DNA from: Halalkalibacterium halodurans
GTDB lineage: Bacteria; Bacillota; Bacilli; Bacillales; Bacillaceae_D
DNA: 32,000 nucleotides
Direction: 5' to 3'
Assembly (NCBI RefSeq): GCF_004376175.1
Contig: NZ_SNUY01000008.1
Location: forward strand, 1 to 32,000
Made by a program: the position numbers and the translations under genes. Under the pieces are notes generated by a model. It saw only the letters and a list, made by a program, of their open reading frames with translations. It did no database searches and was not told the origin of the DNA. Positions within the stretch are counted from its first letter, which is position 1; each line of letters begins with the position of its first letter. This document shows positions 28,867 through 32,000 of this stretch, piece by piece.

Positions 28867-29862
28867 ATGCCAGTTGATTTAGGCTTGATTATCCTTTTAG
28901 GGGTCATTTTTATTGCTCTGGCGGTACTATTCACGTTTGTTCCAGTCGGGCTGTGGATTTCCGCTCTAGCAGCAGGTGTCAAAATTGGTATTTTTGAATT
29001 AGTCGGAATGAGACTCCGTCGCGTTATTCCAAGACGTGTCGTTGAGCCACTCATCAAAGCAGTAAAAGCAGGTTTGGATTTGAGCACTTCAAAACTAGAA
29101 GGTCACTACCTTGCAGGAGGAAATGTGGACCGTGTCGTTAACGCCCTTATCGCGGCTCAACGTGCGAACATTGATTTAAGCTTTGAGCGTTGTGCAGCTA
29201 TTGACCTTGCTGGTCGTGATGTATTGCAAGCTGTGCAAATGAGTGTTAACCCGAAAGTGATTGAAACTCCGTTTATTGCCGGTGTGGCAATGGATGGTAT
29301 TGAAGTAAAGGCGAAAGCAAGAATTACAGTGCGAGCCAACATTGATCGTCTTGTCGGTGGTGCAGGTGAGGAAACTGTAATCGCCCGTGTTGGTGAAGGA
29401 ATCGTTTCAACTATTGGTTCTTCAGACGACCATAAAAAAGTATTAGAAAATCCAGATACAATCTCGCAAACTGTCTTGAAAAAAGGTCTAGATGCTGGGA
29501 CGGCATTTGAAATTCTTTCCATTGACATTGCAGATATTGATATCGGGAAAAACATTGGTGCCGGCCTTCAAACAGATCAAGCGGAAGCGGATAAGAAAAT
29601 TGCCCAAGCGAAAGCGGAAGAGCGCCGTGCAATGGCCGTGGCAAAAGAGCAAGAGATGCGTGCGAAAGTTGAAGAAATGCGCGCGAAAGTTGTGGAAGCG
29701 GAAGCGGAAGTACCAATGGCCCTTTCTGACGCATTGCGTAAAGGGAATATGGGCGTGATGGATTACTTAAACTACCAGAACGTAATGGCTGACACGGATA
29801 TGCGTGACTCCATTAGCAAAGCTACAGGTGATCAAGAAGCGGATGAAAAAAATGACCGCTAA
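28867..29862 (+). CDS. floA: Flotillin-like protein FloA (YqfA)
   Basis: Very long identical blocks match the remembered B. subtilis FloA ([77 protein letters not shown]). ATG 28867 has an AAGGAGG SD. Confidence 0.95.
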
Positions 29863-29898
29863 TGAACTTCACCGTCTCAACTTGGGAGGTGAGTGACC

Positions 29899-30429
29899 GT
29901 GGAAAGTTTCCTTATTCCACTTCTGATCTTTTTACTCGTTAGCCTGTTTGGCCGTCTAGGCGGCAACCAGCGGAAAACTGGCAGGGAACAAAATACTGAA
30001 CGCCCTCAGCAATCTAAGCAACCACAACAGCCAGGACCTTCACAGCAGCCTTGGCCAGGAAGCTCAGAACCGATCGAGGATTGGCGTGATTTATTTGATC
30101 CCCATAGAAGGGAAAAAGAGACGGAGCCTGCTTATGCAGAACCAGTCGAGTCTTATGATTATGAGGATCTACATGACGAGCAGCCTCAAACGCAACCAAC
30201 TGTGCAAGATTCGGTTCGAGATTTTAAGAGCGTGAGGGACAATCAACCTGTATCGGAGCAAGTTCCTCCTGTCTCCATCACTCGCTCACTAAAACAGAAG
30301 AAGGAAACAAATCTTGCGTTGCATTTTCATCATTTGACAAAAGATGAAGCGATGAAGGCAGTCGTTTGGTCAGAAGTTTTAGGCCAACCTCGTGCAAAAC
30401 GCCCCCATCGATCGTTCTCTAAACGTTAA
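29899..30429 (+). CDS. yqfB: YqfB-position hypothetical protein with one N-terminal TM helix and a Q/P/E-rich low-complexity tail
   Basis: GTG 29899 lies 7 nt after GGAGGTG. The position downstream of floA matches B. subtilis yqfB. Sequence identity was not verifiable from memory. Confidence 0.65.
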   Translation: MESFLIPLLIFLLVSLFGRLGGNQRKTGREQNTERPQQSKQPQQPGPSQQPWPGSSEPIEDWRDLFDPHRREKETEPAYAEPVESYDYEDLHDEQPQTQPTVQDSVRDFKSVRDNQPVSEQVPPVSITRSLKQKKETNLALHFHHLTKDEAMKAVVWSEVLGQPRAKRPHRSFSKR

Positions 30430-30434
30430 TGACA

Positions 30435-30470
30435 GCCGCTTGTTACCACAATGGTAGCAAGTGGCTTTTT
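30435..30470 (+). terminator. Rho-independent terminator after the yqeZ-floA-yqfB operon
   Basis: GCCGCTTGTTACCA-CAA-TGGTAGCAAGTGGC forms a 14-bp stem with two G.U pairs, followed by T5. Confidence 0.8.
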
Positions 30471-30495
30471 CGTATTAGGGAATGTCAATTAAAGC

Positions 30496-30525
30496 GATAA
30501 AAGTGACTGGAGTTCCCATAGAAAT
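30496..30525 (+). promoter_or_regulatory. Possible sigmaE-type (mother-cell) promoter for yqfC-yqfD
   Basis: gATAAA-N15-CATAGAAAT loosely resembles the sigmaE consensus (ATATT about N14 CATACAnT). yqfC and yqfD are sigmaE-dependent in B. subtilis. The match is by eye only. Confidence 0.25.
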
Positions 30526-30590
30526 GACAGATTATCAGTGATAACCAATTCCCTTTTCTCATAAAAATGAAAGGAGAGGGGGTTGGTTCA

Positions 30591-30884
30591 ATGAAGAATG
30601 TCAAACAACAATTGATGCGATGGATGACGAACCAGTTGCAGCTCCCAGCAGATGTGATGATGGATTTGCCACGCATTACGATGATCGGCCAGCTACATAT
30701 ATACATTGAAAACCACCAAGGAGTGCTTCGATTCTCTAATCAAGAGTTACGTTTATTGCTCAAGCACGGGCAATTGCTCATAAAGGGGGACGGATTTGTC
30801 ATTAAAACGATCTTACCTGAAGAGTTACTGTTGGAGGGCAGAATCGATCAAGTGTTGTTTATTCCTGATTCGCCATCCAAGTGA
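30591..30884 (+). CDS. yqfC: Sporulation protein YqfC
   Basis: DLPRITMIGQLHIYIENHQGVLRFSNQELRL...LLIKGDGFVIKTILPEELLLEGRIDQV is collinear with the remembered B. subtilis YqfC. ATG 30591 lies downstream of AAGGAGAGGGGG. Confidence 0.92.
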   Translation: MKNVKQQLMRWMTNQLQLPADVMMDLPRITMIGQLHIYIENHQGVLRFSNQELRLLLKHGQLLIKGDGFVIKTILPEELLLEGRIDQVLFIPDSPSK

Positions 30885-30917
30885 TTGGAGAGAAGAGGAA
30901 TGAGAGGGGAAATGGGA

Positions 30918-32000
30918 ATGAAAACGAAAGCAATGTGGAAGCAACTAGTTCGCGGATATGTTCGAGTGCAAATTGACGGAGTGTACGGGGAACGATTTCT
31001 TAATCGCTGCATTCAAAAAAATGTGGCGATTTGGAGCATCAAGCGGATGGGAGCAGAACGAATTGTCTGTTTTATGGACATGCAAGATGCAAAAAAAATT
31101 CGACCTCTTGTCAAGCAAACAGAATGTAAGGTGACGTTTGTAGAACGGCTTGGTTATCCTGCCTTCGTTAAAAAGGCGATGAATCGAGTCGGATTTGTTG
31201 GCGGAATCGGTTTAGCCATCGTATTAATGTTTATTCTATCCAATATTGTTTGGTCTATTGAAATTAAAGGAGCGTCTCCGAAAGTGGAGCATGAACTTCG
31301 TCAACTTGTGGAAGAACTAGGAGTAAAAAGAGGGGCATTTCAATTCACATTACCGAGTGTCGAAGACTTGCAGCGCGAAGTAACCGAGCAGCTTTCTGGA
31401 GCGACATGGATCGGCGTTCGACAAAATGGGACAACCTACCAATTTGAGGTGGTGGAACAACAACTTCCAGAGGAAGCAGAAAGAATTAGCCCAAGACATC
31501 TTGTTGCAAAGAAAAAAGCAATCGTACACAGTGTATTTGTTGAGCATGGTCAGCCAAAGGTAAAAGTGAACGATTATGTAGAAAAAGGGGACATGCTCGT
31601 TTCAGGCTTTATCGGAAAAGAAGGAAAAGAGCAAATTGTTCCAGCTGTTGGTGTGGTTTTAGGAGAAATTTGGTATACATCTGATGTAACGATTCCGCTT
31701 GAAAGCCAATTTTCAACCTTAACAGGGGAATCTGTGACGACCCATCAACTTAGTGCTTTTGGAGTTAACCTCCCGATTTGGGGGTTTAAGAAACATGAGT
31801 TTAAGGAGTTTGAAACGTTTCAAGAGCAGAAGGAGTTGTATTTTTGGAAATGGACACTTCCAATTCAATATACACGAACAAAAGTGTATGAAGCTAATCG
31901 CTTCGAGCAGAAATTGACGAAAGGCGAAGCGGTCGAACGCGGGAAAAAACTAGCGAAGCAAGAACTTTATGAGAAAATTGACAAGGATGCCACAATTGAA
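30918..32000 (+). CDS. yqfD: Sporulation protein YqfD (stage IV sporulation), 3'-truncated by the window edge; not in the ORF track because there is no stop codon
   Basis: My translation gives MKTKAMWKQLVRGYVRVQIDGVYGERFLNRC...SNIVWSIEIKGASPKVEHELRQ...SPRHLVAKKKAIV...GDMLVSGFIG, collinear with B. subtilis YqfD. The frame is open through base 32000. In-frame ATGs at 30900 and 30912 are alternative starts. Confidence 0.88.
   Translation, partial: MKTKAMWKQLVRGYVRVQIDGVYGERFLNRCIQKNVAIWSIKRMGAERIVCFMDMQDAKKIRPLVKQTECKVTFVERLGYPAFVKKAMNRVGFVGGIGLAIVLMFILSNIVWSIEIKGASPKVEHELRQLVEELGVKRGAFQFTLPSVEDLQREVTEQLSGATWIGVRQNGTTYQFEVVEQQLPEEAERISPRHLVAKKKAIVHSVFVEHGQPKVKVNDYVEKGDMLVSGFIGKEGKEQIVPAVGVVLGEIWYTSDVTIPLESQFSTLTGESVTTHQLSAFGVNLPIWGFKKHEFKEFETFQEQKELYFWKWTLPIQYTRTKVYEANRFEQKLTKGEAVERGKKLAKQELYEKIDKDATIE

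Overview
This window looks like a conserved, largely co-directional core-chromosome block from an endospore-forming Bacillaceae genome, roughly 43-45% GC by eye. Gene order matches the Bacillus subtilis yqeH-to-yqfD region almost gene for gene. On the + strand unless noted, the order is: aroE, yhbY(yqeI), nadD, yqeK, rsfS, an S1-domain cvfB/yitL-like gene, the yqeM methyltransferase, comER (-), a small orphan ORF (-), comEA, comEB, comEC, yqzM (-), holA, rpsT (-), gpr, a yqxA-like gene, lepA, hemW, a CIRCE operator followed by hrcA-grpE-dnaK-dnaJ-prmA-rsmE-mtaB, deoC, yqeW (-), rpsU, yqeY, yqeZ(nfeD), floA, yqfB, yqfC and yqfD (runs off the 3' end). All gene identities rest on my recognition of the translated ORFs and on synteny, not on database searches. 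I adjusted several start codons from the ORF track using Shine-Dalgarno spacing and remembered homolog N-termini. Most operon ends have clear rho-independent terminator hairpins. Near-consensus sigmaA promoters precede lepA and rpsU, and a perfect CIRCE (TTAGCACTC-N9-GAGTGCTAA) precedes hrcA. I saw no rRNA or tRNA genes, CRISPR arrays, transposases, integrases, prophage genes, defence-system-like genes or obvious pseudogenes. I cannot support a claim that a new multi-gene system is present; this reads as an ordinary housekeeping, competence and sporulation region. Five items deserve a second look. (1) An unassigned 86-aa basic ORF is wedged head-to-head against comEA. (2) A 59-nt twin-palindrome/hairpin lies in the unusually long yqzM-holA spacer. 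(3) spoIIP is absent from its canonical gpr-yqxA slot. (4) A cvfB-like S1 gene is translationally coupled into the nadD-rsfS operon. (5) A solitary deoC is inserted after mtaB.
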